From contig CAYYLO010000003.1 of NCBI GenBank assembly GCA_964472675.1, positions 3,768 through 67,767 of the forward strand: 64,000 bases of DNA, in the 5' to 3' direction. Positions 37,056 through 48,132 of this stretch are shown one piece after another (the stretch's first letter is position 1; each line of letters begins with the position of its first letter). Under the pieces are notes generated by a model. It was not told where the DNA came from. It was given only the letters and a program-made list of their open reading frames with translations, and made no database searches. Position numbers and translations under genes: made by a program. The stretch comes from an uncultured Gammaproteobacteria bacterium. GTDB taxonomy: Bacteria > Patescibacteriota > Microgenomatia > UBA8517 > UBA10165.

Positions 37056-38850
37056 ATCCCAAAAGAACTATAAATACAGTTACCATTTGTAACATCTGGA
37101 TGCTTTTTGGGGAGATTTCGTAGGTTTTGCTGTATTCCCCTACTTTAACTTGTATTTTACTACTTTTATCTGCTCCAAGCAGCGGAATTGTATATTGAAT
37201 ATCAAATGATGAGGTGGATTGAGGCGCAAGAAAGTCTAGGTTATTATAAACATTACCTCTTATGTCCAGCCCGCTTGAAACAACGGTTATTGGTTTTTCG
37301 TAAAGCGCTACAGGTCCGGGGTTATATATATTAATATGAAGTTTATTTAAGAAAAAAGGCAAAAGAGATTTACCTTGGGTTATTGTAATTTGTGGGATTG
37401 ATTCCCGAACTATTGGCAAATGTCCGAACTGTACTGAAACGTCACGTTGATTATTGTGGGCAAGTTTGTAAGAACCAGCGGGGGCAGGGGAATCATCGTT
37501 TTTGCCGTGGATTGAAAACGTAATATGGGACATATCAAATTTATTAAAATAATCGATTCCGCCCGTAGTTTTACCCCAGGTAGGATCAACAGGTTTCCAA
37601 ATGCCCATATTCTTGTCCCAATATTCCGGCCAGGCATGTAAAACATCTGCAACTAGAGATAGTGGTTGGATTTGGGGATTGTCTGTGTAAGCAAAACCAT
37701 TGACTTCTCTCGCGGGAATCTTTGCCGCACGGGCAAGCGTTACAAATAAATCTGTAAATTCCACACAGATTGCGTTATCGGGGGTTGCCAAAGCTCTCTT
37801 TGCCCCAAGCCTTTCTATGTTATTGGTTACGCGACTGTAATCGTAGCTAAGGGTCTTTACGACAAACTCGTAAATTGACAAAGGATCATTCCCAACAGAT
37901 TGAGCCATTAATTTTATTTCCGGATCATTCGCCGGCCAATATTTTGTGCCGGAAAGATAGTAAGGGAAGTCGTTCGGGCTTGTTGATACATAAAAGGTTT
38001 GCGGGTTTGCGAAAACCTGTACATTTCCGCTGGCTTGAATATCCATCTTTTCTCCAGGTTTAAGGTAATACGTAGCCATCCAGTTGCCATCGGAGTCGAG
38101 CGCTACCGAATAGGGTTTGGGTGAGATTTTAGAGTAATAAACTTTTTGATAAGCAGTATCCGGAATTAGCGCAATTGATGTTTTACCCTTTTTGTCTAAA
38201 TATGGATTTTCGAGGTGATAGTTTAAGTCAAAAGAAAAAACCTGAAAATCCCCAAAAGCAGCCACAACTCCTGCCTTCAAAATATCTTCTTTCACAAAAG
38301 TAAATGTAGTTTCTTTTTCGCTTTCAAATTTGCTTTTAGGTTCCGGGGAAATATAAGCAAGTTTTCCCAAGTTTTTTGAAACAGTTAAAGACAAGTTGTA
38401 AGAGTTAAAATTGTCTACTGAAGTAATCTTCGGAATTGTTAAGTCCCAAACTTGACCGTTTTGTGAGGCAAGTTGCGGAATTTGGTAGGCAACGGTAAAT
38501 TTTCTTGATTTGTTTTTCCCGACTATCGCATCAGGAAAATTAACAAGAATTTTTGTTTCTGTGTCTGTTTGCTCAACAGAAACAGTGATCCCTTTCCCGG
38601 ATTCTATAGCTGTAACTCCAACAGGCTTTTTACCTTCCAGGCTTAGAGAATAAGAAGTCGCGTAAATTGTAGAAAAATTATTTGTTAAAGTTATTTCCTG
38701 AGTGACCTGCGCGTCTCCGTTTTGGTCAACAATGTATGTAGTAGCAAAGTCGGTTTTAAATTCCTGCTGGGCGGAGGCGGTCCGCGGCAGTGCATAGTAC
38801 ACAGCGCATAGTATGCAGGACAAAAAAATTACATTTAGAATGCGCTTCAC
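36979..38850 (-). CDS. transglutaminase-like cysteine protease-domain surface protein (signal peptide + C-terminal TM anchor)
   Basis: Core AICVEFTDLFVTLARAAKIPAREVNGFAY ... LHAWPEYW gives a Cys-His-Asp transglutaminase-like triad. Confidence 0.6.
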   Translation of the reverse strand: MKRILNVIFLSCILCAVYYALPRTASAQQEFKTDFATTYIVDQNGDAQVTQEITLTNNFSTIYATSYSLSLEGKKPVGVTAIESGKGITVSVEQTDTETKILVNFPDAIVGKNKSRKFTVAYQIPQLASQNGQVWDLTIPKITSVDNFNSYNLSLTVSKNLGKLAYISPEPKSKFESEKETTFTFVKEDILKAGVVAAFGDFQVFSFDLNYHLENPYLDKKGKTSIALIPDTAYQKVYYSKISPKPYSVALDSDGNWMATYYLKPGEKMDIQASGNVQVFANPQTFYVSTSPNDFPYYLSGTKYWPANDPEIKLMAQSVGNDPLSIYEFVVKTLSYDYSRVTNNIERLGAKRALATPDNAICVEFTDLFVTLARAAKIPAREVNGFAYTDNPQIQPLSLVADVLHAWPEYWDKNMGIWKPVDPTWGKTTGGIDYFNKFDMSHITFSIHGKNDDSPAPAGSYKLAHNNQRDVSVQFGHLPIVRESIPQITITQGKSLLPFFLNKLHINIYNPGPVALYEKPITVVSSGLDIRGNVYNNLDFLAPQSTSSFDIQYTIPLLGADKSSKIQVKVGEYSKTYEISPKSIQMLQMVTVFIVLLGFAGGGFIANYAFIYIRSRKTGKKSC

Positions 38851-38897
38851 AAGACTAATCTTAGCACAGCTATATTACTCCTGTGATATATTAAATT

Positions 38898-40568
38898 ATG
38901 CCCGAACAAGTAGAGGCTAGTGGTATTTCCTCAATTCAGACGGCAACCTCTTCCCCTGAATTTCAGAACTTTGCAAAGAGCCGTTTACAAGAATTTATAC
39001 AGGCAACTTTGAAAGATAGAGCCTCGCTTTTCTTGCTTTCTGAAGCGTCCAAGGTTGACTTGAGTGCGCCCGACATACAGCCCCAAGTTGCAATGGCAGC
39101 TTTTCTTTTGCTACGCAGACAATGTCCAACTGTTTGGGATATTGGGGCTGCTCTTCAAGCCGCCGAAAGCAGGCTCCAATATGGCCAAGGTCAAACTGTC
39201 CGAGCAGGAGCGATTGGTACAGATCCTCAGTTGATGGGAAGTATACAAAGAGGCAGTACTTTTATTGGGGAATTTGCGCGAGAAGTTTACGAACAATCCG
39301 GCACGCCAGTCAGCGATCGGACTAAAGATGCTATTCTGGGTCGGTTCAACACATGGGCCTCTGTAAAAACAGTTCCGGACGAAGCTTATTACGTTCGGGA
39401 AATGGCAGTTTGTGCAGCTTCGCAAAACCTAACGCAGCAGGATGCGGCAGCAGTTCTTCGGGGTATTGAAAATTATAAGAGATATAATTTTTGGCCATTA
39501 AGCCAATATGGTGCACAACAAGCCCGCTACGCTCGCTTTAACCAAGCGCTTACTCGCCTGCAACTTGTATCGGCCGGCCACGTTTCTGGCGGAGGACATC
39601 TTGACCAGTATGAATCACTGATACACTTGCCTTCGCAGTCTCAAGCGGAAGTTGTTAAACAAGCTGACCTGGTGAAGCCTGAAAGTGCAATAGGCACAGA
39701 ATTATCTTATTGGGAAAATTCAATAGGTAACGAAGGTGGGCGTTGTTTAGTTAACCGAGTTGAAATGCAACAAAGATATACTTTTGCGCATACAGAACGG
39801 GGGAGGTTTGTTTATTACACGGCTACAAACCAAAATACAGAGCCTTTGCTAAATCGATTTGATGAAATAAACAGGCGCCTTGCTCAAACTTTGGGCACAG
39901 ATGGTACAAAGCCTGTACATGTAGTTTTGGTACCCGAAGCCAAGTATTGCCCAAGGGGTGGCTATGCAAAGCCTGACGGCTCGGGTTTTATTTTAGCTCC
40001 GGCGCAGGATATTGATCAGGTTTATGCACATGAGGCAGTTCATGCAAACCTTGCCCAGATTTTTGGGACAAGCCAAAGCGCTACAGCTACCGAGGGGGCA
40101 GCAATGTATTTGGCACGCGTGGTTAACCCCTATGATAAGAGAAACGACTATGTAGCACAAAGATATGGTGATGATCAAATAATCAGAATAAGAGGAAAAG
40201 GCGGCCAAATTGGGCTTTCAAATACGCAAATGCTGGACAATGCCGGCGAGGCAAGATCTAAAGCTGATTATGAGTATGCATATAAATTTGGAGGGTTGTT
40301 GGCGGAATTTATTATCAGTAGAGTTGGTATTAAAGGTTATTTACAGTTTTACAACCGAACTTGCCTGTCCAACTTATACGATAGCGATACAGGAAAACAA
40401 CTGGTGGCAAATGGCAAGAGGGCGCCAGGTGTAGGTGAACGCGAAATTAACGCCCAAGCTTTAAAGGCCATGGCTGCGCTAACAGGCAGACCAGACATGA
40501 GGCCTGAAAATATATTACAAGAATTTACGGCTTTTGCCTTGGCCCGAAACGCCAAAGGCCCCTTCTAA
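38898..40568 (+). CDS. hypothetical HExxH-motif protein (putative zinc-dependent hydrolase), GC-rich (~50%)
   Basis: VYAHEAVHANL contains HEAVH; no signal peptide; GC and codon usage differ from flanks. Confidence 0.4.
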   Translation: MPEQVEASGISSIQTATSSPEFQNFAKSRLQEFIQATLKDRASLFLLSEASKVDLSAPDIQPQVAMAAFLLLRRQCPTVWDIGAALQAAESRLQYGQGQTVRAGAIGTDPQLMGSIQRGSTFIGEFAREVYEQSGTPVSDRTKDAILGRFNTWASVKTVPDEAYYVREMAVCAASQNLTQQDAAAVLRGIENYKRYNFWPLSQYGAQQARYARFNQALTRLQLVSAGHVSGGGHLDQYESLIHLPSQSQAEVVKQADLVKPESAIGTELSYWENSIGNEGGRCLVNRVEMQQRYTFAHTERGRFVYYTATNQNTEPLLNRFDEINRRLAQTLGTDGTKPVHVVLVPEAKYCPRGGYAKPDGSGFILAPAQDIDQVYAHEAVHANLAQIFGTSQSATATEGAAMYLARVVNPYDKRNDYVAQRYGDDQIIRIRGKGGQIGLSNTQMLDNAGEARSKADYEYAYKFGGLLAEFIISRVGIKGYLQFYNRTCLSNLYDSDTGKQLVANGKRAPGVGEREINAQALKAMAALTGRPDMRPENILQEFTAFALARNAKGPF

Positions 40569-40585
40569 AGGAAACTTAAAAATTA

Positions 40586-41371
40586 TTGAAGTTTTTATTT
40601 GGGGTTATAATGGAAGTTATGGGAGAGGTTGTTACGGAAAGTTTAACTGCAAAAGAGACAAGGATAGATTTTCCTCAAAAGTTTAAAGAAACGCTAAAAA
40701 CGTGCGATTATACCTTACCTGCAGAGAGTGTGGGGATAACTACTGGATTGGGAAAGGCAGGAATTTTAAGGGTTAAAAGGCTTGTGCCTTGCGTAATTTT
40801 TGATACTGGAAACATAAGTGCCTCAGAATGGCATTTGGCGCTTACAGATGCAAAAGCGGTAGCCGACCCACACAAAAAAATCCTTGAAGAGTTAAAACCA
40901 TTACTTCCGCAAGATAGCGCCACAATAATTACAGAGCTTGCACAAACGGCATACGTTGCCGAAGACCAAACAGGCAAACTAAGCTTATTGCTTAGCAACC
41001 TTGACAGCAAAATAACCAAGGAGCTTTTGGAAAGTCCTAACCAACTAGAACCCTTCAAGAAACTAATCAAAAATTACGGATTGCTTCAAATTGTGGGAAA
41101 AGTAAGTGCAGACGAACATGATTATCATACTGTTTGGGGAGAAAAAGTAGAAGTTTTAGTTAGGGAAGATACTCAAGATAGGCCAGTTAATATTGCAGAT
41201 GAAAGGCAGAGATTTAATCCGTACCAGGATCCTGATGAATCGGCCATAGCCTTAGCCAGAGAAAACCATCTTACGAATACACAAGCGTTGAAACTTGCTT
41301 CTCGATTGCGAGCTGGAATTGAATGGCCAAATTATCAAAAATTGATTGTAGATATCCTTGATGAGGAGTAA
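40586..41371 (+). CDS. hypothetical protein, co-oriented with HExxH protein (18-nt gap)
   Basis: 261-aa ORF, no motif. Confidence 0.4.
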   Translation: MKFLFGVIMEVMGEVVTESLTAKETRIDFPQKFKETLKTCDYTLPAESVGITTGLGKAGILRVKRLVPCVIFDTGNISASEWHLALTDAKAVADPHKKILEELKPLLPQDSATIITELAQTAYVAEDQTGKLSLLLSNLDSKITKELLESPNQLEPFKKLIKNYGLLQIVGKVSADEHDYHTVWGEKVEVLVREDTQDRPVNIADERQRFNPYQDPDESAIALARENHLTNTQALKLASRLRAGIEWPNYQKLIVDILDEE

Positions 41372-41565
41372 GTTCTACACCCTATGGGCCCAGGTGCAGC
41401 GCTTATCGCAGGCGTGTGCATTACTGTCGGGGCTGGAGGGCTGTACGCCTACATTACTGGCCGGCTGGGCTAAGAAGAAACCTACCCGCGGACGGCTCCT
41501 AGATTTTCTTTCATACACTTTTTGTATCACTGGCTATCTTGGAGCCGCCCGCCTTTTTTTTGCTT

Positions 41566-41582
41566 GACACCCCCGAGGTGTA
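41566..41582. repeat. REP element (hairpin ACACC-CCCGA-GGTGT), 5' of RAYT gene; overlaps -35/-10 promoter TTGACA(41564)-17-TAAAAT(41587)
   Basis: gacacccccgaggtgta. Inverted 13-mer cacctcgggggtg at 42254-42266. Identical 17-mer at 62499-62515. Confidence 0.6.
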
Positions 41583-41597
41583 AGGCTAAAATAAATA

Positions 41598-42275
41598 ATG
41601 CCAGGCAGAAAGATACCCCTTGTTAACGGAGAGTTTTACCACATTATTAATCGTGGAAGCGACAATAGGAAAATCTTCTTAACTGAAAGAGACTATAAAA
41701 GGTTTCTTAGCGCACTTTTTTATTATCAGTACCATGGGCCAAAGCCTAAATTCTCAAATTTATCTGCACAAAAACTTCAGCTGTGGAAACCAAAAGAAGA
41801 AGACAAACTTGTTAACATAATTTGCTATTGTTTAATGTCCAACCACATACACTTACTAGTTCAGCAGTTAAAGGACGATGGCATCTCGATATTTATGTCA
41901 CAGTTATGCAATAGTTATACAAAATATTTTAATACCAAACACAAACGTATTGGTCCGCTACTCCAAGGCCGCTTCAAGTCGGTACTCGTAGGGGATGATT
42001 ACCAGTTACTACATGTTTCTAGATACATACACATTAATCCTGTTGTTGCTCGCATGGTAATCAGACTGGAGGACTATACATGGTCCTCCTTTGCTCAATA
42101 TGTGGGTTCAGTAAATGGGTTTTGCACTCCGAAAAAAATAATGGAACAATTCAAGTCGCCTCAAGAATACAAAAAAATCCTGGAAGATCAAATAGGTTAT
42201 GGAGAAACCCTTGAAACAATAAAAAACCACTTGGCCGACGACTATTACGATGACACCTCGGGGGTGGAAAGCTAA
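41598..42275 (+). CDS. REP-associated tyrosine transposase (RAYT, IS200/IS605-like Y1 HuH transposase)
   Basis: YHIINRGSDNRKIF, HuH motif NHIHLLV, catalytic Tyr region VSRYIHINPV; flanked by inverted REP hairpins. Confidence 0.75.
   Translation: MPGRKIPLVNGEFYHIINRGSDNRKIFLTERDYKRFLSALFYYQYHGPKPKFSNLSAQKLQLWKPKEEDKLVNIICYCLMSNHIHLLVQQLKDDGISIFMSQLCNSYTKYFNTKHKRIGPLLQGRFKSVLVGDDYQLLHVSRYIHINPVVARMVIRLEDYTWSSFAQYVGSVNGFCTPKKIMEQFKSPQEYKKILEDQIGYGETLETIKNHLADDYYDDTSGVES
42252..42268. repeat. REP element, inverted copy 3' of RAYT gene
   Basis: gacacctcgggggtgga; core is the exact reverse complement of the upstream 13-mer. Confidence 0.6.
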
Positions 42276-45226
42276 AGAATCTCTGTGAGAAACTGGCCTG
42301 TATAGGATTTTTTGTTTTGTGCAACTTGCGAGGGAGTGCCGGCGGCAATGATTTCTCCACCTTTCTCTCCTCCTTCAGGGCCCAAATCAATAATCCAATC
42401 CGCGTTTTTGACAACGTCTAAATTGTGTTCGATAACTACAACTGTGTTACCCATAGAAACTAATCGCAAGAGGCATTTCAAGAGTTTTTCAATATCAGAA
42501 AAATGTAAACCCGTTGTAGGTTCATCAAGAATATAAAAAGTTGAACTGCCCGCCCGTTTCATGAGCTCTGAGGAAAGCTTAACGCGCTGGGCCTCACCGC
42601 CCGATAAGGTTGGCGCAGACTGGCCCAGCTCAATATAATCAAGCCCCACCTCAGACAAGGTATCTAATTTATCGGCAATGTGAGGAATATTGGCAAAGAA
42701 TTCTTTGGCTTCAGCAACAGTCAAATTCAGCACTTCAGCAATATTTTTTCCATGCCATTCGACTTCTAGAGTTTCTCTGTTAAATCTTGTTCCGTTACAG
42801 ATATCGCAGGTAATATAAACGTCAGACAAAAACTGCATTTCAATTTTGTTTACACCTTGTCCTTCGCAACCCTCGCACCGCCCCCCTTTGACGTTAAAAG
42901 AAAACCTTCCTGCTTTATAGCCGCGAACACGAGCCTCTGGAGTTTGGGCAAATAACGCCCTTACTTCGTTAAAAACCCCTGTATATGTTGCAGGGTTTGA
43001 GCGTGGTGTCCGGCCAATTGGTGATTGGTCCAGTAAAATCAGGCGGTTGACCTGATCTGTGCCTTCCAGACGCTCAAAATCACCATTTTTGGAAGTGTAA
43101 GGCAGGTTCCTTTCCTGCCATGAACGGTTTAGGGCATCATGAAGTGCAGGATAAAGTGTGTCTACTAATAATGTTGACTTGCCTGAACCGGAAACACCAG
43201 TGATGCAAATTAGCTTTTGTAGAGGTATTTTAACATTTACATCTTTTAAATTATGCTCACTTGCACCAGTGAGTTGAAGATATCCTTTATCGTCTTGAAC
43301 CAAAGTATCGTGACCATCGGATTTGTTAACCCACAAGTCCTTTTTCCCGGATAAATATTTGGCAGTTACAGAATCCTTGTGTGCCAAAATTGCCGGAAGA
43401 TCGCCTTGGGCAACCAGCGCTCCACCCTGTTTACCTGCCCCAGGACCAAAGTCCAAAATCCAGTCAGCTTTTTCCATCATCTCCCGATCATGCTCAACAA
43501 CTATTACAGTGTTCCCCAAATCCCGAAGGTTTTGCAAAGTACTTATTAAACGCCGGTTATCTCTCTGGTGAAGTCCTATTGTTGGTTCATCAAGAACGTA
43601 TAAGACGCCGCTTAGTCCTGACCCGATTTGCGAAGCCAAGCGAATTCTTTGAGCCTCCCCGCCCGCCAGTGTGCCAGAGGATCTGTCTAAAGTTAAATAT
43701 TCAAGTCCAACGGAAACTAAAAAATGAAGCCGCGAAACTATTTCCTTAAGAATCATCCTGGCAATTTCCTGCTCTCTTTTTGAAAGCGGCGTGTCCTTGC
43801 CTGAGAGCATTTGAGCAAACTTTAAAGAGTTGGCAATTTGCATACGCGTTACGTCAACGATTGACTTGCCATCAACAGTGATCGATAGAGCCTCTTCCTT
43901 TAATCTTGCGCCTTTGCAATCTGGACAAACTTGTTTTTGCATATATTTTTCAATCTCCGCGCGGGCATAATCCGAATCACTATCTGAATGTCTTCTTTCA
44001 AGCTCTGGAATTATTCCGTGGAAGGCCTCTTTTATATAAGTTTTTTCACCAAATTTATTTGTTCCCCAAACTTTGTATATTTGACTACCTGTGCCCCAAA
44101 GAAGAATTTTTACCTGTTCCTGAGTTAAATTCTTCAACGTGATTTGAATGCTAAAGCCATTTTCCCTGGCTACTTGTTCAACTATTCTTGAATACCAGGT
44201 TTCATTTTCGAACATCGTCCCCATCGGCAATATCGCACCTTCAGACAACGTCAGTTCAGGATTAACTAACCTCTCAGGATCAATTTTTAACAAAGCTCCG
44301 ATACCCGAACAGGTTGAACAGGCCCCATGCGGAGAATTGAAAGAAAAAGTGCGGGGCTCAATCTCCGGGAAACTGATATTATCAACAGGACAGGAAAATT
44401 TCTCAGAGAAGAGGTGGTCTTCTAGTTTTTTTGGACTGTCAGGAATACTAAAGCTCGAATCGTGGACTTGAGATAAAATTATCAAGCCTTCAGAAAGTCC
44501 CAAACCTTGTTCTATAGAATCAGCAAGCCGTAAGCGAAGATTATTTTCGGCAATTTTGTCGCGTAATTGTTTTTTCTCAATAGAGATTCTATCAATAACT
44601 ACGTCAATTGAGTGCTTATTGGTCTTTATTAAAAATAAATCCTCGTCCAGACCGTATATTTTTCCATCAACTCTGACGCGGGTAAAACCTTTAGCACGCA
44701 AATTGGCAAAGAGGGTGGTAAATTCCCCTTTTTTGTCGCGGACAACAGGAGAAAGCAGCAAGAATTTTGCGATCTTTTCTTTATCGGCAACCTCCTTGAT
44801 CATGCTTAGGGAGTTGTTGGTTATAGTTTCAACAGACTGTTGTTCAATTTCGCGGCCGCAAATCGGACAGTGTGGGTGGCCAATGCGCGCAAAAAGCAGG
44901 CGCAGGTAGTCGTAAATTTCGGTTATTGTCCCTACTGTGGAGCGGGGATTATGGGAGGTGGTTTTTTGCTCTATAGAAATTGCAGGCGACAAACCTTCAA
45001 TGCTATCTACATCAGGTTTATCCATAATCCCTAAAAACTGCCTTGCATAAGAAGACAAACTTTCCACATACCTCCTTTGACCTTCAGCATAAATTGTGTC
45101 AAAAGCCAAAGAGCTTTTACCTGATCCAGAAATCCCCGTAAAAACAACCAGTTTGTTTTTCGGAATCTCTACATCGATGTTCTTGAGGTTATGTTGTCTG
45201 GCTCCCTTAATAATAATTTTATCCAT
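42272..45226 (-). CDS. uvrA: excinuclease ABC subunit A (start trimmed to MDKIIIKG)
   Basis: Two ABC ATPase modules ([12 protein letters not shown]; [10 protein letters not shown]), zinc-finger Cys clusters, signature LSGGEAQR. Confidence 0.9.
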   Translation of the reverse strand: MDKIIIKGARQHNLKNIDVEIPKNKLVVFTGISGSGKSSLAFDTIYAEGQRRYVESLSSYARQFLGIMDKPDVDSIEGLSPAISIEQKTTSHNPRSTVGTITEIYDYLRLLFARIGHPHCPICGREIEQQSVETITNNSLSMIKEVADKEKIAKFLLLSPVVRDKKGEFTTLFANLRAKGFTRVRVDGKIYGLDEDLFLIKTNKHSIDVVIDRISIEKKQLRDKIAENNLRLRLADSIEQGLGLSEGLIILSQVHDSSFSIPDSPKKLEDHLFSEKFSCPVDNISFPEIEPRTFSFNSPHGACSTCSGIGALLKIDPERLVNPELTLSEGAILPMGTMFENETWYSRIVEQVARENGFSIQITLKNLTQEQVKILLWGTGSQIYKVWGTNKFGEKTYIKEAFHGIIPELERRHSDSDSDYARAEIEKYMQKQVCPDCKGARLKEEALSITVDGKSIVDVTRMQIANSLKFAQMLSGKDTPLSKREQEIARMILKEIVSRLHFLVSVGLEYLTLDRSSGTLAGGEAQRIRLASQIGSGLSGVLYVLDEPTIGLHQRDNRRLISTLQNLRDLGNTVIVVEHDREMMEKADWILDFGPGAGKQGGALVAQGDLPAILAHKDSVTAKYLSGKKDLWVNKSDGHDTLVQDDKGYLQLTGASEHNLKDVNVKIPLQKLICITGVSGSGKSTLLVDTLYPALHDALNRSWQERNLPYTSKNGDFERLEGTDQVNRLILLDQSPIGRTPRSNPATYTGVFNEVRALFAQTPEARVRGYKAGRFSFNVKGGRCEGCEGQGVNKIEMQFLSDVYITCDICNGTRFNRETLEVEWHGKNIAEVLNLTVAEAKEFFANIPHIADKLDTLSEVGLDYIELGQSAPTLSGGEAQRVKLSSELMKRAGSSTFYILDEPTTGLHFSDIEKLLKCLLRLVSMGNTVVVIEHNLDVVKNADWIIDLGPEGGEKGGEIIAAGTPSQVAQNKKSYTGQFLTEIL

Positions 45227-45284
45227 GTCCACCAATAAATGCCCGCGATTAACGCGGCGCAAGTAGTATATCACGACTGGTTCC

Positions 45285-47303
45285 TCAAATACTTTCCAGC
45301 TGGCGGACTCTGTCGCGGAACTTGGCGGCAAGTTCAAAGTTTAAATCTTTTGCGGCGGCGGTCATGGCCCGCCTTAGCTTCAAGATCATATTTTTTCTAT
45401 CTCTTGGGGTAAGCCCGTCGGGGCTTAAATTTTCAAAGCTGTTTACCACATCCCGTTCGATACCGTACAACAGAGGTTCTGTCTCCTGAACTTGCCCGCG
45501 GTCGATTAACTTTTCGCGGATGGGTTTAACAATTGTTTTTGGGGTAATATTGTGATTTTTATTGTAGTCAAGTTGAAGCAAACGCCTTCTTTCAACTTCG
45601 CGTATAGCCCTCTGCATCGATCCGGTAATGTTATCAGCATACATAATAACTTTGCCTTCTATATGCCGTGCAGCGCGGCCCATGACTTGAATTAGAGAAG
45701 TTTCAGACCTTAAAAATCCTTCTTTGTCGGCGTCCAGGATGGCAACCAGAGAAACTTCCGGAAGATCCAAGCCCTCGCGAAGAAGATTAATTCCTACCAA
45801 AACGTCGTAGTCTCCCCGCCTTAACTGGTCCAAAATATCCGTCCGGTCAAGAGTATTAACTTCAGAATGCAAATACTGAACTTTAAGGCCTTCATCTTTG
45901 AGGTATGAAGTTAAATCTTCAGCCATTCTTTTAGTCAGCGTAGTAACTAAAGTTCGCTGCTCCTTTTTGACTCTTTCCGAAATTTCCCTAATTAAATCCG
46001 GAATCTGCCCTTCTGTCGGTTTGACAACCACTTCCGGATCGGGAATACCCGTTGGACGGATCAACTGTTGTGCAATACCATTTTTACCCGCTCTGGCAAG
46101 CTCCCAGTTGGCAGGAGTGGCGCTTGTGTATAAGACTTTAGGCGTGCGTCTCAAAAACTCTTCAAATTTCAGGGGACGGTTGTCATACGCTGACGGAAGT
46201 CTGAACCCAAAATCAATCAATGTCCGTTTTCTGGCTAAATCTCCGTTGTACATTCCCCCAATCTGCGGAATCGTCATATGCGACTCGTCAATAACAACTA
46301 AAAAATCATCACCGTAATTGTGCTTGTAGTAATCAAGAAGAGTGTATGGAGCGTCCCCTGATTTGCGGCCGTCAAAGTAGCGCGAATAATTTTCAATTCC
46401 ATTAACGTAGCCAACCTCTTCAATCATTTCCAGGTCATATGTAACTCTCCTCTCAACACGGTTGGCTTCCAAAAGCTTCCCGGCATCTTTAAAATTTTTA
46501 ACGACTCTTTGCAAGTCTTTCCTAATTTGTCCAAACACCCCCGCGTGTTTCTCGCGATCCATCATATAGTGTTTGGCCGGATAAATTAATGTGGACCTTA
46601 AGTCTGAAAGCGCTTTGCCGGTATTCGGATCAATAATCGAGAGTTTTTTTAAGTTTTCCTGTTCAAATTCCAAACGGACGGCCGTATCTTCATACGCCGG
46701 AAAAATGTCGATTATGTCTCCCCTAACCCGCCAGGCGCCTCTATGAAAACCATAGTCTCCCCGCTCGTATTGCAAATCAATTAACCTTTTTGAAATATCC
46801 TGTCGCGCATAGCTTTTCCCAACTTCCAGTTCCAGGACAAAGTTTCCGTATTCCGAAGGCGAGCCGATATTATAAATACAGGAAACAGAAGCAACAGTAA
46901 TAACGTCTTTTCGGGTCATGAGATTGGTTGTGGCGCGCAGGCGGAGTTTGTCTATCTCGCGGTTGATATCGGTTTCCTTTTCAATATAGGTATCAGTTTG
47001 CGGGATATATGCTTCAGGTTGGTAGTAGTCATAATAAGAGACAAAGTAGGAAACGCCATTTTCCGGGAAAAAATCGCGCAACTCCTGATAAAGTTGTCCG
47101 GCTAAAGTTTTGTTGTGAGAAATAACCAGCGTTGGAAGCTGCAGCTGCTCAATGACAGAAGCAACAGTGAAAGTTTTTCCTGAACCCGTGACTCCCAAAA
47201 GGACCTGGTCAGTTGCTCCGGTTTTTATTCCTTTTACCAGCTGATCAACGGCCTGCGGTTGGTCGCCTGTGAGTTTATATGGGGATTCTAATTTAAACCT
47301 CAT
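45285..47303 (-). CDS. uvrB: excinuclease ABC subunit B (start trimmed to MRFKLESPYKLTGDQ)
   Basis: Helicase motif GVTGSGKT, beta-hairpin region, C-terminal UVR domain (AAKDLNFELAAKFRD). Confidence 0.9.
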   Translation of the reverse strand: MRFKLESPYKLTGDQPQAVDQLVKGIKTGATDQVLLGVTGSGKTFTVASVIEQLQLPTLVISHNKTLAGQLYQELRDFFPENGVSYFVSYYDYYQPEAYIPQTDTYIEKETDINREIDKLRLRATTNLMTRKDVITVASVSCIYNIGSPSEYGNFVLELEVGKSYARQDISKRLIDLQYERGDYGFHRGAWRVRGDIIDIFPAYEDTAVRLEFEQENLKKLSIIDPNTGKALSDLRSTLIYPAKHYMMDREKHAGVFGQIRKDLQRVVKNFKDAGKLLEANRVERRVTYDLEMIEEVGYVNGIENYSRYFDGRKSGDAPYTLLDYYKHNYGDDFLVVIDESHMTIPQIGGMYNGDLARKRTLIDFGFRLPSAYDNRPLKFEEFLRRTPKVLYTSATPANWELARAGKNGIAQQLIRPTGIPDPEVVVKPTEGQIPDLIREISERVKKEQRTLVTTLTKRMAEDLTSYLKDEGLKVQYLHSEVNTLDRTDILDQLRRGDYDVLVGINLLREGLDLPEVSLVAILDADKEGFLRSETSLIQVMGRAARHIEGKVIMYADNITGSMQRAIREVERRRLLQLDYNKNHNITPKTIVKPIREKLIDRGQVQETEPLLYGIERDVVNSFENLSPDGLTPRDRKNMILKLRRAMTAAAKDLNFELAAKFRDRVRQLESI

Positions 47304-47481
47304 TTGCAAATTGTACCATAGATTACCCAAAAACTGGGTCTTGACAATCGGGTTTTGTTAGGGTAGATTGAAAATACCAAATATAAAATATTAAAAATCA
47401 AAAATACACAGCAAAAAGGCAAAATTTATCTGTTTAATATGTCTATTTGAGATTTGATATTTAATTTTTGATATTACAACC

Positions 47482-48099
47482 ATGCCACCTGTTATTTATA
47501 CCAGACAGCGCCAAATTCTTGACTTTATCAGTCAGTTTATTGACGCTAACGGATGTGCGCCCACTTTAAAACAGATTGCCCAGGCAATTGGTGTTTCTTC
47601 TTTAGCAACAGTCCACGAGCATCTTCAGGCTTTGGAAAAGAAGGGCTTAATAAAAAAACACGTTGGCGATACCCGCGGAATTGAATTAACAAAAATTACT
47701 CCTCGTGTTACTCCCGGAGTTGAGGTTCCCATCATGGGATTTATTGCAGCAGGGGCCCCTATTGAACCGTACACTGATCCTAATGCGACTCTTTCAATTC
47801 CTCCTGCGATGTTTTCTTCTACTAAAAGAATCTATGTTCTTCAAGTTCGCGGGGAATCTATGATTGAGGTAGGGATAAATGATGGCGACTATGTTGTCAT
47901 TGAACAACAGGACCGTGCCAGCAATGGTGAAATAGTCGTTGCCCTTCTGGACAATGGCATGGCGACGTTAAAGCGCTACTTTAAGGAGACTACAAGAATC
48001 CGGCTTGAACCAGCCAACCGCACCATGAGCCCGATTTATGCCAAGAACGTCACTGTTCAAGGTAAGGTTGTCGGCTTAATTCGCAAATACGCGAATTAA
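47482..48099 (+). CDS. lexA: LexA repressor (S24 peptidase), divergent from uvrBA
   Basis: N-terminal winged HTH; cleavage-site region GFIAAGAPIEP; Ser/Lys dyad context (RGESM...K). Confidence 0.85.
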   Translation: MPPVIYTRQRQILDFISQFIDANGCAPTLKQIAQAIGVSSLATVHEHLQALEKKGLIKKHVGDTRGIELTKITPRVTPGVEVPIMGFIAAGAPIEPYTDPNATLSIPPAMFSSTKRIYVLQVRGESMIEVGINDGDYVVIEQQDRASNGEIVVALLDNGMATLKRYFKETTRIRLEPANRTMSPIYAKNVTVQGKVVGLIRKYAN

Positions 48100-48132
48100 A
48101 ATTCGCTACAGTGTGGCATCTTGAAGGTGAGT

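Noticed and set aside
47331-47481. Search for a canonical LexA/Cheo box (CGAAC-N4-GTTCG) in the uvrB-lexA divergent region
   Set aside because: No match. Only weak palindromes (ACCCA-N5-TGGGT) were found, so no operator was annotated.
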